Shown here piece after piece: positions 1 through 7,870 of a DNA stretch of 32,000 bases. The notes under the pieces were generated by a model, which worked only from the letters and a program-made list of their open reading frames with translations, was not told where the DNA came from and did no database searches. The stretch covers positions 2,820,001 through 2,852,000 of the forward strand of contig CP060262.1 in the NCBI GenBank assembly GCA_022646745.1, in the 5' to 3' direction. This DNA is from Planctomycetales bacterium. Lineage in GTDB: Bacteria > 4484-113 > JAFGCY01. Numbering within the stretch: the stretch's first letter is position 1; the number at the start of each line of letters is the position of its first letter. A program made the translations under genes and the position numbers.

Positions 1-723
1 ATGATTCATCCAAAATGGTTAGAAGGAGTACATATTGTTATTAATGATGCAATAAAGCCTTCAGACGGATTGAGTTCAGAAGATTCACCTACAAATGTTA
101 GAACAACGCCATATAGAAACTTTGTGGCAGAGAGTTTAGATCAGGAAAGTTATTTTAAGCCGATATTGGATTGTCTGGAATATAGGCCAAGTAGACTAGA
201 GCTAGTTCCTAAGCTAATTGTTGTGGAGGGAAAGGGGGATTTCTATTGCTATTCATATTTCTTTACAAAGCAATTCATTGGTGAGTTTGATTTCAGAATA
301 TATCCAAGTACTGGATCGACTAGTAGTCATTTTGCTGTATCTATGTATTTGGGATGGAATCGGGATTTTATTGTGCTTTTAGATAGTGATCATGGAGGCA
401 CAAGTGCAAAGGAGAAACTTCTAAGGAAATTAGGACTTGTAGCCGAGCCTTTTGTTTACACATTGGCGGATGTTTGTGAAACATTTAATAGTTATACATT
501 AGAAGATTTAATAAAAGAGGATGTACACAAATCAATTGAAGTAATAGGAATTGAAGGTAACATGAGTATCAAAACAAAAATTGCTAGGTCTTTTGAGTTA
601 TTATATGCCACAGATCACGAATTTGACTTTTCTGATTTGGTAATTGCTCGTATGAGAAAAGTTGGTGATTGGTTGCAGAACAAACTTAATCAAATGGAAG
701 GTCGTATTGTTGATGTTCAATAA
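1..723 (+). CDS. Toprim-domain nuclease of the OLD / DUF4435 type, probably the C-terminal part of a longer protein continuing upstream of the window
   Basis: Frame is open from nt 1 to TAA at 721-723. Toprim-like motifs: LIVVEGKGDFYCYSYF (catalytic Glu in VEG), VLLDSDHGG (DxD), TLEDLI. AT-rich codon usage unlike the rest of the window. The ATG at nt 1 may be internal. Confidence 0.5.
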   Translation: MIHPKWLEGVHIVINDAIKPSDGLSSEDSPTNVRTTPYRNFVAESLDQESYFKPILDCLEYRPSRLELVPKLIVVEGKGDFYCYSYFFTKQFIGEFDFRIYPSTGSTSSHFAVSMYLGWNRDFIVLLDSDHGGTSAKEKLLRKLGLVAEPFVYTLADVCETFNSYTLEDLIKEDVHKSIEVIGIEGNMSIKTKIARSFELLYATDHEFDFSDLVIARMRKVGDWLQNKLNQMEGRIVDVQ

Positions 724-795
724 ATTAGAGAGTTTGCGCACGTCTAATTCCTGTTTTGTATGCCCTTTGATTCTCTTTATTCTCATTTGCAACAC
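1..795. other. AT-rich, compositionally foreign DNA segment (right-hand edge of a probable horizontally acquired island; left edge lies outside the window)
   Basis: Hand counts: nt 1-60 hold 18 G+C (30%), nt 841-900 hold 39 G+C (65%). The switch occurs over about nt 760-800. Codon third positions are mostly A/T up to ~nt 791 and mostly G/C afterwards. Confidence 0.6.
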
Positions 796-1846
796 CGCGC
801 ACGCCGAGCCCTTCGCCGGTGCATCCGGCATGGCACAGATTTCTGACAACGCCTACCTCTGCGTGCAGGACACCAAGGCCGACCGGCCAGGCAGCCGGAT
901 CGGCATCCTGACCGTTGACACCGAGAAAGGCGGTTATGACTACCTGCCGCTCGAGCCGGACTGGGAGGGAGAGCTGCCGCATGACCTGGAGAGTGCATTC
1001 GCGCTGCGGGACCGGCCCGGTGAACTGCTGCTCTGCGAAAGCGGGGCCTACGAGAATTGGACCACGCACGAATACCACATCGGGCGCATCTTCCACATCC
1101 GCCTGACCGCGGCAGCCGAGAGCTGGGACTTCGAACTGCTGGGCACGATCCCGATCCCGGAACACCTGCATGAAATCGAGGGGATGTTCCTGCTGCCCGT
1201 TTTCAATCCCGAGGACATCCAGTTCGACCGCGACCTGTTCGGGGACGTGGATGTGGCACGCGATGCGCTGGTGCAGGAAGCAATGGCTGCGGCAGGACTG
1301 GAAGAAGCCGGCGCGGATGAGGCTGCACTGGATTGGGGTGCCCCAGGGGTCAGGCAGCCTCAGCCATCAGACCTCCCCGGGCGTGACCTGGCCTATCTCA
1401 TCCTTTGTACCAGGGGTGGAGATGAGGCATATGAACCGGCCAGTTTCCATGAGAATGTGATTGACCTGAAGAACCACGAGCTGCGTGAGCTGCGCAATGG
1501 ACAGGGAATTGATATCAGTGTTCCGCCGCAGTCAGACCCCTTCCAGCGCGGCTGCAGTGATGTATACCTGGACAGGGTCGGCATCCTGTGGATCGTCAGC
1601 TGCAGCGACCTTGGTGACAACGGACCGTTCAACTCCCGCATCTACCGCTACGGCCAGTACGATATCGAGAGAGGCTATGGGATGTCACGCTCAATCTATG
1701 ACAACACCTCGTGGTTCATCTCCGGCCTGAAGGTTGAAGCGCTCTGCGGCAGCGTGATGGAGGGTTCAACACTCTGCTATGCCACCGATGATGAGGGATT
1801 CGGCGGGATCTGGCGTTCACTCGGTGCGGCAACCAGCCTGCGCTGA
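713..1846 (+). CDS. hypothetical exported protein (signal-peptide-like N-terminus; no family recognised)
   Basis: ORF 662-1846. The ATG at 713 gives MFNKLESLRTSNSCFVCPLILFILICNTAHA/EP, a signal-peptide-like N-terminus. Alternative starts are TTG 662 and ATG 830. GC-rich third positions from ~nt 795. No motif I can name. Confidence 0.5.
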   Translation: MFNKLESLRTSNSCFVCPLILFILICNTAHAEPFAGASGMAQISDNAYLCVQDTKADRPGSRIGILTVDTEKGGYDYLPLEPDWEGELPHDLESAFALRDRPGELLLCESGAYENWTTHEYHIGRIFHIRLTAAAESWDFELLGTIPIPEHLHEIEGMFLLPVFNPEDIQFDRDLFGDVDVARDALVQEAMAAAGLEEAGADEAALDWGAPGVRQPQPSDLPGRDLAYLILCTRGGDEAYEPASFHENVIDLKNHELRELRNGQGIDISVPPQSDPFQRGCSDVYLDRVGILWIVSCSDLGDNGPFNSRIYRYGQYDIERGYGMSRSIYDNTSWFISGLKVEALCGSVMEGSTLCYATDDEGFGGIWRSLGAATSLR

Positions 1847-1860
1847 TCCGGCACTCCTTC

Positions 1861-1866
1861 TATAAT
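1861..1866 (+). promoter_or_regulatory. -10 box TATAAT, 7 nt upstream of the GTG start at 1874 (candidate leaderless promoter)
   Basis: Perfect TATAAT at 1861-1866, spacer cagtgcc, then GTG at 1874. No convincing -35 and no Shine-Dalgarno. Confidence 0.4.
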
Positions 1867-1873
1867 CAGTGCC

Positions 1874-3361
1874 GTGTTCAAGAAGATCCTGATAGCCAAT
1901 CGCAGCGAGGTGGCTGTGCGCATCATCCGCGCCTGCCGTGAGCTGGGCATCGCCTCCGTGGCGGTGTACAGTGAGGCGGATGCGGACGCAGTGCATGTCA
2001 CGCTGGCAGATGAGGCTGTCTGCCTCGGGCCTGCGGAAGCTTCACAGTCCTACCTTGACCAGCAGAAGGTGCTGCAGGCCGCACGTGATACCGGTTGCGA
2101 CGCGCTGCACCCCGGATACGGATTCCTCGCGGAGAATGCCGGCTTCGCAAGGCTGGTGACGGAAAGCGGCATCCACTTCATCGGGCCCACGCCGGAAAGC
2201 ATGGACCGCATGGGGGCCAAGATCCCGGCGCGCGAGACAGCGCTGCTGGCAACGGCCCCGGTGGTTCCGGGCTTCGACCGCGAAGGTGCCACGGACGATG
2301 AATACATCGCGGCAGCGGCACAGATCGGCTACCCGGTGATGGTCAAGGCCAGCATGGGTGGTGGCGGCAAGGGCATGCGCATCGTGGACAGCGAGGCTGA
2401 ACTGCAGTCCGCGCTGGACGGTGCACGCCGTGAGGCCGCCAAGGCATTCGGTGACCCGACGGTGTTCCTCGAAAAATACATCCAGAACCCGCGGCACATC
2501 GAGATCCAGGTCCTGGCCGACCGGGCCGGCAACACCCTGCACCTCGGCGAGCGCGAGTGCAGCGTGCAGCGCCGCCACCAGAAGATCGTGGAGGAGACGC
2601 CAAGCACTGCGGTTGACAATGAGCTGCGGGCGAAGATGGGGGCGGATGCCGTTGCCATCGCCCGCGCCGTCGGCTATGAAGGGGCGGGAACCGTCGAGTT
2701 CATCATGGACCCCGCCGGTGGCTACTACTTCCTAGAGATGAACACACGCCTGCAGGTGGAGCATCCGGTGACGGAGTTCGTCTACGGGCTGGACATCGTG
2801 CAGTGGCAGATCCGGATCGCCACCGGTGAGGCGCTGCCATTCTCGCAGGAACAGATCACGCCGCGCGGGCACAGCATCGAATGCCGGATCTGCGCTGAGG
2901 ATGCCGCCAGCGGATTCCTGCCGCAGGTTGGCAGCGTGCAGGTGCTGCGTGAACCGCAGGGCCCGGGCGTGCGGCTGGACAGCATGCTGAAGGACGGGCT
3001 GGCGATCGGCGCGGACTACGACCCGATGCTGGCCAAGCTGATCGTGCACGCCGAGGACCGCGAGGCCGCAATCCGCCGCATGCAGCAGGCACTGAGCGAC
3101 ATGTGCCTGCTGGGGGTGACGAGCAACCTCGGCATCCTTGCCGAGATCATCGCGCATCCGGCCTTCGCGGGGGGAGAGACCGACACGGGCTTCATTGCCA
3201 GGCACTTCTCCGGCTATAAGGACCCCGAACCCGGCCTGCCGGAACGGATCGCTGCAGCGCTGGCTGCCAGCATGAAGGGCAGCGCTGTGCAGCGTGGAAC
3301 CACCAATGACAGTGGGCATGCCGACCCATTCCGCAGCTATGGCAACTGGAGCAATGCATGA
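1874..3361 (+). CDS. biotin carboxylase (BC domain plus part of the BT linker) of an acyl-CoA carboxylase alpha subunit, methylcrotonyl-CoA carboxylase type
   Basis: MFKKILIANRSEVAVRIIRACRELGI N-terminus, ATP-grasp glycine loop KASMGGGGKGMR, EMNTRLQVEHPVTE, and C-terminal GETDTGFIARH typical of acyl-CoA carboxylase alpha subunits. Confidence 0.9.
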   Translation: MFKKILIANRSEVAVRIIRACRELGIASVAVYSEADADAVHVTLADEAVCLGPAEASQSYLDQQKVLQAARDTGCDALHPGYGFLAENAGFARLVTESGIHFIGPTPESMDRMGAKIPARETALLATAPVVPGFDREGATDDEYIAAAAQIGYPVMVKASMGGGGKGMRIVDSEAELQSALDGARREAAKAFGDPTVFLEKYIQNPRHIEIQVLADRAGNTLHLGERECSVQRRHQKIVEETPSTAVDNELRAKMGADAVAIARAVGYEGAGTVEFIMDPAGGYYFLEMNTRLQVEHPVTEFVYGLDIVQWQIRIATGEALPFSQEQITPRGHSIECRICAEDAASGFLPQVGSVQVLREPQGPGVRLDSMLKDGLAIGADYDPMLAKLIVHAEDREAAIRRMQQALSDMCLLGVTSNLGILAEIIAHPAFAGGETDTGFIARHFSGYKDPEPGLPERIAAALAASMKGSAVQRGTTNDSGHADPFRSYGNWSNA

Positions 3362-3849
3362 GGGAGCAGTTCGGCCACGGCGATGAGCGCTTTGAGGTGG
3401 TTGCCATTCCCGGATCCGCCGGCATTGCCAGCGTGCGCATCGATGGGACTGAGTACAGCGTCAGCGCTCTCGTAGTCAGCGGAAGCCGGATCAGCTTCAC
3501 GCTGGAAGGCAGGCAGTACACCTTTGATGCAGCTGTGGAACATGAGCGGATCCAGCTTAAGCGCGGAACAGCCTACTACAGCTTCAGCCGCATCGAGGAA
3601 GGCAGTGAGGACGAGGGCCGCCAGGATGGCGCGGCCCTGAGCAGCCGGATGCCGGGAACGGTACTGCGCACACTGGTTGCGGCGGGTGCTGACGTGAAGG
3701 CCGGCGCGGCACTCGTGATCCTCGAGGCGATGAAGATGGAGCACACCATCGAGGCCCCGGTGGATGGCACCGTCAACGGCTACCCGCACCCGGAGGGCTC
3801 ACGCGTGATGCCCGGTGACCTGCTGGTGGACTTCTCCCCGGCGGGCTAG
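3358..3849 (+). CDS. biotin carboxyl carrier (biotinyl/lipoyl) domain protein, matching the C-terminal third of an MCC-type alpha subunit
   Basis: Biotinylation motif LEAMKMEHTIEAPVDG (AMKM lysine). The start overlaps the upstream stop as ATGA (3358-3361). Confidence 0.85.
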   Translation: MREQFGHGDERFEVVAIPGSAGIASVRIDGTEYSVSALVVSGSRISFTLEGRQYTFDAAVEHERIQLKRGTAYYSFSRIEEGSEDEGRQDGAALSSRMPGTVLRTLVAAGADVKAGAALVILEAMKMEHTIEAPVDGTVNGYPHPEGSRVMPGDLLVDFSPAG

Positions 3850-6707
3850 CCGACCGGCATCGACATCAGGTTCACTCGCTCCTGCCTGCGCTCGCGCAGC
3901 CAGTCATAGAGCTGCTGGTGGCAGGTGGTGACAATGATCTGCGTCGTGTCAGACAGGTCCGTGATGTAGTTGAACACAAGCTCGGCGCGCTCATCATCGA
4001 GGTCAGCCAGCGGCTCGTCCAGCATCAGCGGCAGGTCAGTGCGGCCGCTCGCGGTGCGGGCCATTGCCAGGCGCAGGGCGAGGGCCAGCTGCTGCTGGGC
4101 ACCGGTTGACATATAGGTCCACAATTCGTGGCTCGGGATGTCCGCCGGGGCGCCGGTCACGCGCAGCCTGAGGCTCAGGTTGCTGTCCAGCGAGGCGTCC
4201 TCGATGCCCTTGATCGGCGCATTGGCAAGGATGCTCTTCATCGCGCGGTCGATTTCGGGGGCCGTGTCACTGCTGGCACGGTTCACAAGCGACTGCACGA
4301 TCTCGCGGGTTGTTGCCAGCGCCTCATCCCAGTTGTGCACAAGCTTGTCCAGCCGGCCGGCATGTTCGCTGCGCTGCTTCATCTCGCGGGCAACCTTGTC
4401 AATGTTGCCGAAGCGGTGCATGCCGTCGCGGATATGGTCCAGCGCGCGGCGGATCGACTCTCGCGAATCACGCGCTTCGTGGATCTTCTTGTCCAGTTCG
4501 CTCAGCCGGTTGCAGACGGAGTCGTGGCTCACCTTGTCGCGGCAGAGCAGGGCCAGGCGGTTCTGCTCCGTCGGGGAGAGGGCGGCCCAGCGCTCGTTGA
4601 ACTCAGCGACCTTCATGCTCGGCTTGCCGAGCAGCAGCGGGTCGGCCTGCGGGACCGGAGCCTCACGGTGGCCGCTGCGCACGTTGGTGGCCAGGTTGCG
4701 GAAGGCCTCCATTGCGGCGCGCGGTCCCTCGCGCAGCTTGCTGGCAAAACCGATCGGCTGCAGCTTTGCCTCCAATGCGCGGGAGATCTGGTCGCGCTCC
4801 TGTGCCAGGCGTCCCAGCTCACGGTTCTGCACGCTGATCTGGGTTTCGAGTTCGCGGATGTCGAACTTGTTGCCACTGATCACGCTCGGGGCTTCCGCCA
4901 GCTTGCGGATCATGTTGCGCAGCCAGTCCATGTCCGGCACCAGCGGAGCCAGGGGCTCGATCTGGCCGACCTCGGTCCAGGCGGCCTCCATCCGGCGGCG
5001 GATGGTGTCGCGGTCACGGATTGCCGAACTGTACTCACGGAAGCGCACATCGAGGCTGATGTAGTCCTTGATGTTCTCCACGAGTCGGTCCCAGTTCTGG
5101 CGGTCAATCTTGTAAAGCTCTATGAAGCGCATACGGCGCCGGTTGAGCTGGTCCATTTTCTGGGTCTGCTCCTCCATCGCCGGCAGCACGCTGTTCTGCA
5201 GTTCCGTATAGGCCGGGCCGGTGGTGCGTGCGCGGCGCAGGTAGGGGAACAGCAGGAAGCCGGCCACCACCAGGAACACCGCGGCGATGATCCAGCCTGC
5301 GAAGGGCAGGATCTCACGGACCATATGCGGCATGAAGCTGTAGTGCGCGATGATGCTCAGGAAGGCCATGAACACACAGACAAAGCCGAGGTATGACCAC
5401 CATGGCAGCTCATCGCGGTTGACAATCTCGAGTTCGACCTTGCGTTCGCGCAGCTTCTCAAGCTCAGTCGTCACCTTACTGTGCTCCTCCTCCCATTCGA
5501 GGATGGAACTGAGGTGCTCACGGTGCGGGGCGAACATCTTGTCGAGGCTCTGGTAGCGGTTCTTCTCCGCCTCGGGAATCTGGTCCTCAAGGCGCTTTGC
5601 GCGGTCGGCGGCAACAGTGTATTCGCGGTGCGCCGTCTCCACGGCCGCACTGACCTGTTGCAGCAGCTGGCGGGTATCGCCACCCTGGCGCTCATCAGGC
5701 TGGTCGCTGTTCAGCTTCTGAGCTGATTCATAACTGATGTTGAGTGCGCTGATCTCCTGCTCGACACGGCTGATCTGCTGCTCAAGTGCTTCCAGCTTGC
5801 CGTAGAGCACGTCCACCTCGTGCGCGAGGTCCGCGGTGATCGCAGCCGACGGCTCTGGTTCGGTGCTTACTGCAGGCTGCAGCTCTCCGCTGGCAACCTT
5901 GTGCAGGTAATGGTTGCGGGCCAGTTCAAGCTGGTCGCGCTGCTTCTCAAGGCCGAGGATCACGCGGTCCTGCTGCTCCAGCTGGCTGAGCACGCTGTCG
6001 CGTTCCTTCTGCAGCTCATGGTACTCATTCAGCTGCTGGCTGAGCTGGCCCTGCTCAAGCTTGAGGTAGTCCAGCTCCTTGGCGAGGTGCATGCGGTGCT
6101 CGCGCATGTTGCGCGGCGGGCTGTCACCAAGTGTGAAGCGCGGATTCTCCAATGCTTCAATGATCCTGTCAACGGTGGTCACATCCGGATTCTCGACGAG
6201 CTCGCCGAGGTCGGAGGTGAGGATCTGGCGCAGGTTGCTGCGGTCGAGGGTCTCGATCACGTTAGCCTGCGTGGCGGACAGGGAGTGGCGGAAGGACTGG
6301 CGGCTGAGGTTCAGCAGGCGCCGGCCAAGGTCCCATTCGCCATGCTTGCTGACGGTCACCTTGTCCGTCAGGCTGCGCTGTGTGCTGTATTCACTGACCT
6401 GTACGAAATAATCACTGAAGCGGGCGGTGACCAGGATCTTCTCCGGCCAGCCATCCAGCTCAGGCTTGATCACGAGGCGTCCCGATGGCGTCCCGCCGAT
6501 CCAGGGCGTCCAGCGCTTGATGGCCTGCGGATCCTTGGCGCCGCGCTTGGAGGCGGGGCCGAACAGCATCCACTCGAGGAAGGTCAGCAGTGTGGTCTTG
6601 CCGGACTGGTTCTCCGCGATCCAGAGGTTTAGTCCCTCCTCGAGGATCACCGGGGTGTCGATTGAAAGGCTGCCGAAGCGAGCTGAGTCGATCTGGAGTA
6701 TCTTCAT
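3846..6707 (-). CDS. SMC/Rad50/SbcC-like AAA ATPase of the YhaN (SbcE) type with a central transmembrane hairpin
   Basis: Walker A ENQSGKTT (aa 33-40). C-terminal head half has STGAQQQLALALRLA (signature-like), LPLMLDEPLADLD (Walker B/D-loop) and VTTCH (H-loop). Long charged, heptad-like arms. Two hydrophobic helices lie at aa ~435-457 and ~466-489 (nt 5241-5405). Confidence 0.8.
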   Translation of the reverse strand: MKILQIDSARFGSLSIDTPVILEEGLNLWIAENQSGKTTLLTFLEWMLFGPASKRGAKDPQAIKRWTPWIGGTPSGRLVIKPELDGWPEKILVTARFSDYFVQVSEYSTQRSLTDKVTVSKHGEWDLGRRLLNLSRQSFRHSLSATQANVIETLDRSNLRQILTSDLGELVENPDVTTVDRIIEALENPRFTLGDSPPRNMREHRMHLAKELDYLKLEQGQLSQQLNEYHELQKERDSVLSQLEQQDRVILGLEKQRDQLELARNHYLHKVASGELQPAVSTEPEPSAAITADLAHEVDVLYGKLEALEQQISRVEQEISALNISYESAQKLNSDQPDERQGGDTRQLLQQVSAAVETAHREYTVAADRAKRLEDQIPEAEKNRYQSLDKMFAPHREHLSSILEWEEEHSKVTTELEKLRERKVELEIVNRDELPWWSYLGFVCVFMAFLSIIAHYSFMPHMVREILPFAGWIIAAVFLVVAGFLLFPYLRRARTTGPAYTELQNSVLPAMEEQTQKMDQLNRRRMRFIELYKIDRQNWDRLVENIKDYISLDVRFREYSSAIRDRDTIRRRMEAAWTEVGQIEPLAPLVPDMDWLRNMIRKLAEAPSVISGNKFDIRELETQISVQNRELGRLAQERDQISRALEAKLQPIGFASKLREGPRAAMEAFRNLATNVRSGHREAPVPQADPLLLGKPSMKVAEFNERWAALSPTEQNRLALLCRDKVSHDSVCNRLSELDKKIHEARDSRESIRRALDHIRDGMHRFGNIDKVAREMKQRSEHAGRLDKLVHNWDEALATTREIVQSLVNRASSDTAPEIDRAMKSILANAPIKGIEDASLDSNLSLRLRVTGAPADIPSHELWTYMSTGAQQQLALALRLAMARTASGRTDLPLMLDEPLADLDDERAELVFNYITDLSDTTQIIVTTCHQQLYDWLRERRQERVNLMSMPVG

Positions 6708-7870
6708 TCCGCAATCTCCAGTGGCATTCCCTGCCCGGTGAAGAGTTGCCAGCCAAGGCGCCTGACCAGCCTGACGACATCCGCATCCTTGCGTCCATTG
6801 CGCTCGAGGTCGGTGCAGCGGTCGAGGAAGGCGAAGAGCAGGGAGTCCTTGGGCAGGTTGAGCGGGTCGATCCCGCTGAAGAACGCCAGCTCGCTGACAT
6901 CCGGTTCCACCAGCCGCTCGACACTGTTCTTGATCGCGTCCAGCCGGTTCTCAAGCTGGGGCTTCATGCTGACGGGAATCTCACCACGCAGCTTCAGGCG
7001 CAGCATGTCCTGCGGCTGCAGCTTGATGTCAAGTGCGTCCATCGCGCGGCGCAGATGGGCATCGTAACCGTCGACGTAGGGCTCGGGGAAACTGACGGCG
7101 CGGCTGATCCAGTTGATCTCAGCCAGCTTGTGGAATTCGAGGTCAGCGCCATAGCGGTCCATTTCTCCGATCAGCATGCCGCCTGGCCCACCTTCAGCCC
7201 AGTCGAAGCACTGGGGCGGGCCGCTGTACGCTGCCAGCGCCTTGTCGCTGTTAAGGTGCTTCAGTTCGGCCTGCACCATCATGTGGCCCAGGGCGATGTA
7301 GCTGTATTCACTCTTGTAGAGGTCTTCCTGCAGGATCGGGTTGATCGCGCGCTGGTGGTCCAGGCCGTCGTCCACGCCCTCAAGGGTGCCGTGCAGCATC
7401 AGGATGCTGGGACGGTCGCGCGGTGGGCGTGGAACTTCCGGCCAGCTCATGCGCGGGATACCTTCCCCCATCAGGAAGGCCCGGCCTGTGATTGATACTC
7501 CCTTGAGTTCAATCACCTCCCACTGCTTCTTCGTGAAAAGATGCAGGTTAACCGGCAGGCGGGAGAAGCAATAAGGATTATTCCCGCCATAGGCATCCGA
7601 GTTTCCCGGTGTCACCACCACGTCCATCGCGGGGTAGGACTTGACCAGCTGGTAGAAGAACTGGAGCTGGTCATCCGGGTTATGGCCCTTGACGTCAAAC
7701 ACATTGCCGGGAATCAGCAATGCCTGACAGCCACTTTCGTGGGCCAGCCTGAAGCCGGCCTCAAGGGAATTCCTGACTGCTATGCCAATCGCGTCCGCCA
7801 AAGACTTGTCTACATCTGTCAGTCTGCGGCCAAGATGGCAGTCGCTCAACTGTGCAAACTTCCAACCCAT
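6704..7870 (-). CDS. calcineurin-like metallophosphoesterase, SbcD/Mre11/YhaO-like, with non-canonical catalytic motifs
   Basis: Motif I FAQLSDCHLG, motif II LLIPGNVFD, motif III VVTPGNSDA, motif IV LMLHGTLEG, motif V YIALGHMM. ATGA overlap with the downstream ATPase (6704-6707). The ATG at 7870 (MGWKFAQLSD) has AGGA 9 nt upstream. The ORF track extends to a TTG at 7921. Confidence 0.75.
   Translation of the reverse strand: MGWKFAQLSDCHLGRRLTDVDKSLADAIGIAVRNSLEAGFRLAHESGCQALLIPGNVFDVKGHNPDDQLQFFYQLVKSYPAMDVVVTPGNSDAYGGNNPYCFSRLPVNLHLFTKKQWEVIELKGVSITGRAFLMGEGIPRMSWPEVPRPPRDRPSILMLHGTLEGVDDGLDHQRAINPILQEDLYKSEYSYIALGHMMVQAELKHLNSDKALAAYSGPPQCFDWAEGGPGGMLIGEMDRYGADLEFHKLAEINWISRAVSFPEPYVDGYDAHLRRAMDALDIKLQPQDMLRLKLRGEIPVSMKPQLENRLDAIKNSVERLVEPDVSELAFFSGIDPLNLPKDSLLFAFLDRCTDLERNGRKDADVVRLVRRLGWQLFTGQGMPLEIAE

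Noticed and set aside
722-750. Inverted repeat AATTAGA-N13-TCTAATT just after the Toprim ORF stop, considered as an intrinsic terminator or island end repeat
   Set aside because: It has only a 7-bp all-weak (mostly A/T) stem with a 13-nt loop and a poor T-tract. It lies inside the next ORF's 5' end. With the other island end outside the window, a terminal-repeat role cannot be tested.
3340-3365. BC/BCCP split read as a simple frameshift pseudogene
   Set aside because: Not adopted as the primary call. The second ORF's ATG overlaps the first ORF's TGA exactly (ATGA), the standard coupling arrangement used repeatedly in this window, and a random indel is unlikely to create that. An assembly indel cannot be excluded without reads.
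4128-5396. 422-aa plus-strand ORF (and the overlapping 308-aa and 270-aa ORFs at 4138-5064 and 5820-6632) inside the SMC-like gene
   Set aside because: The opposite strand encodes Walker A/B, signature and H-loop motifs plus coherent coiled-coil and TM segments. These ORFs are stop-poor antisense frames of GC-rich coding DNA.
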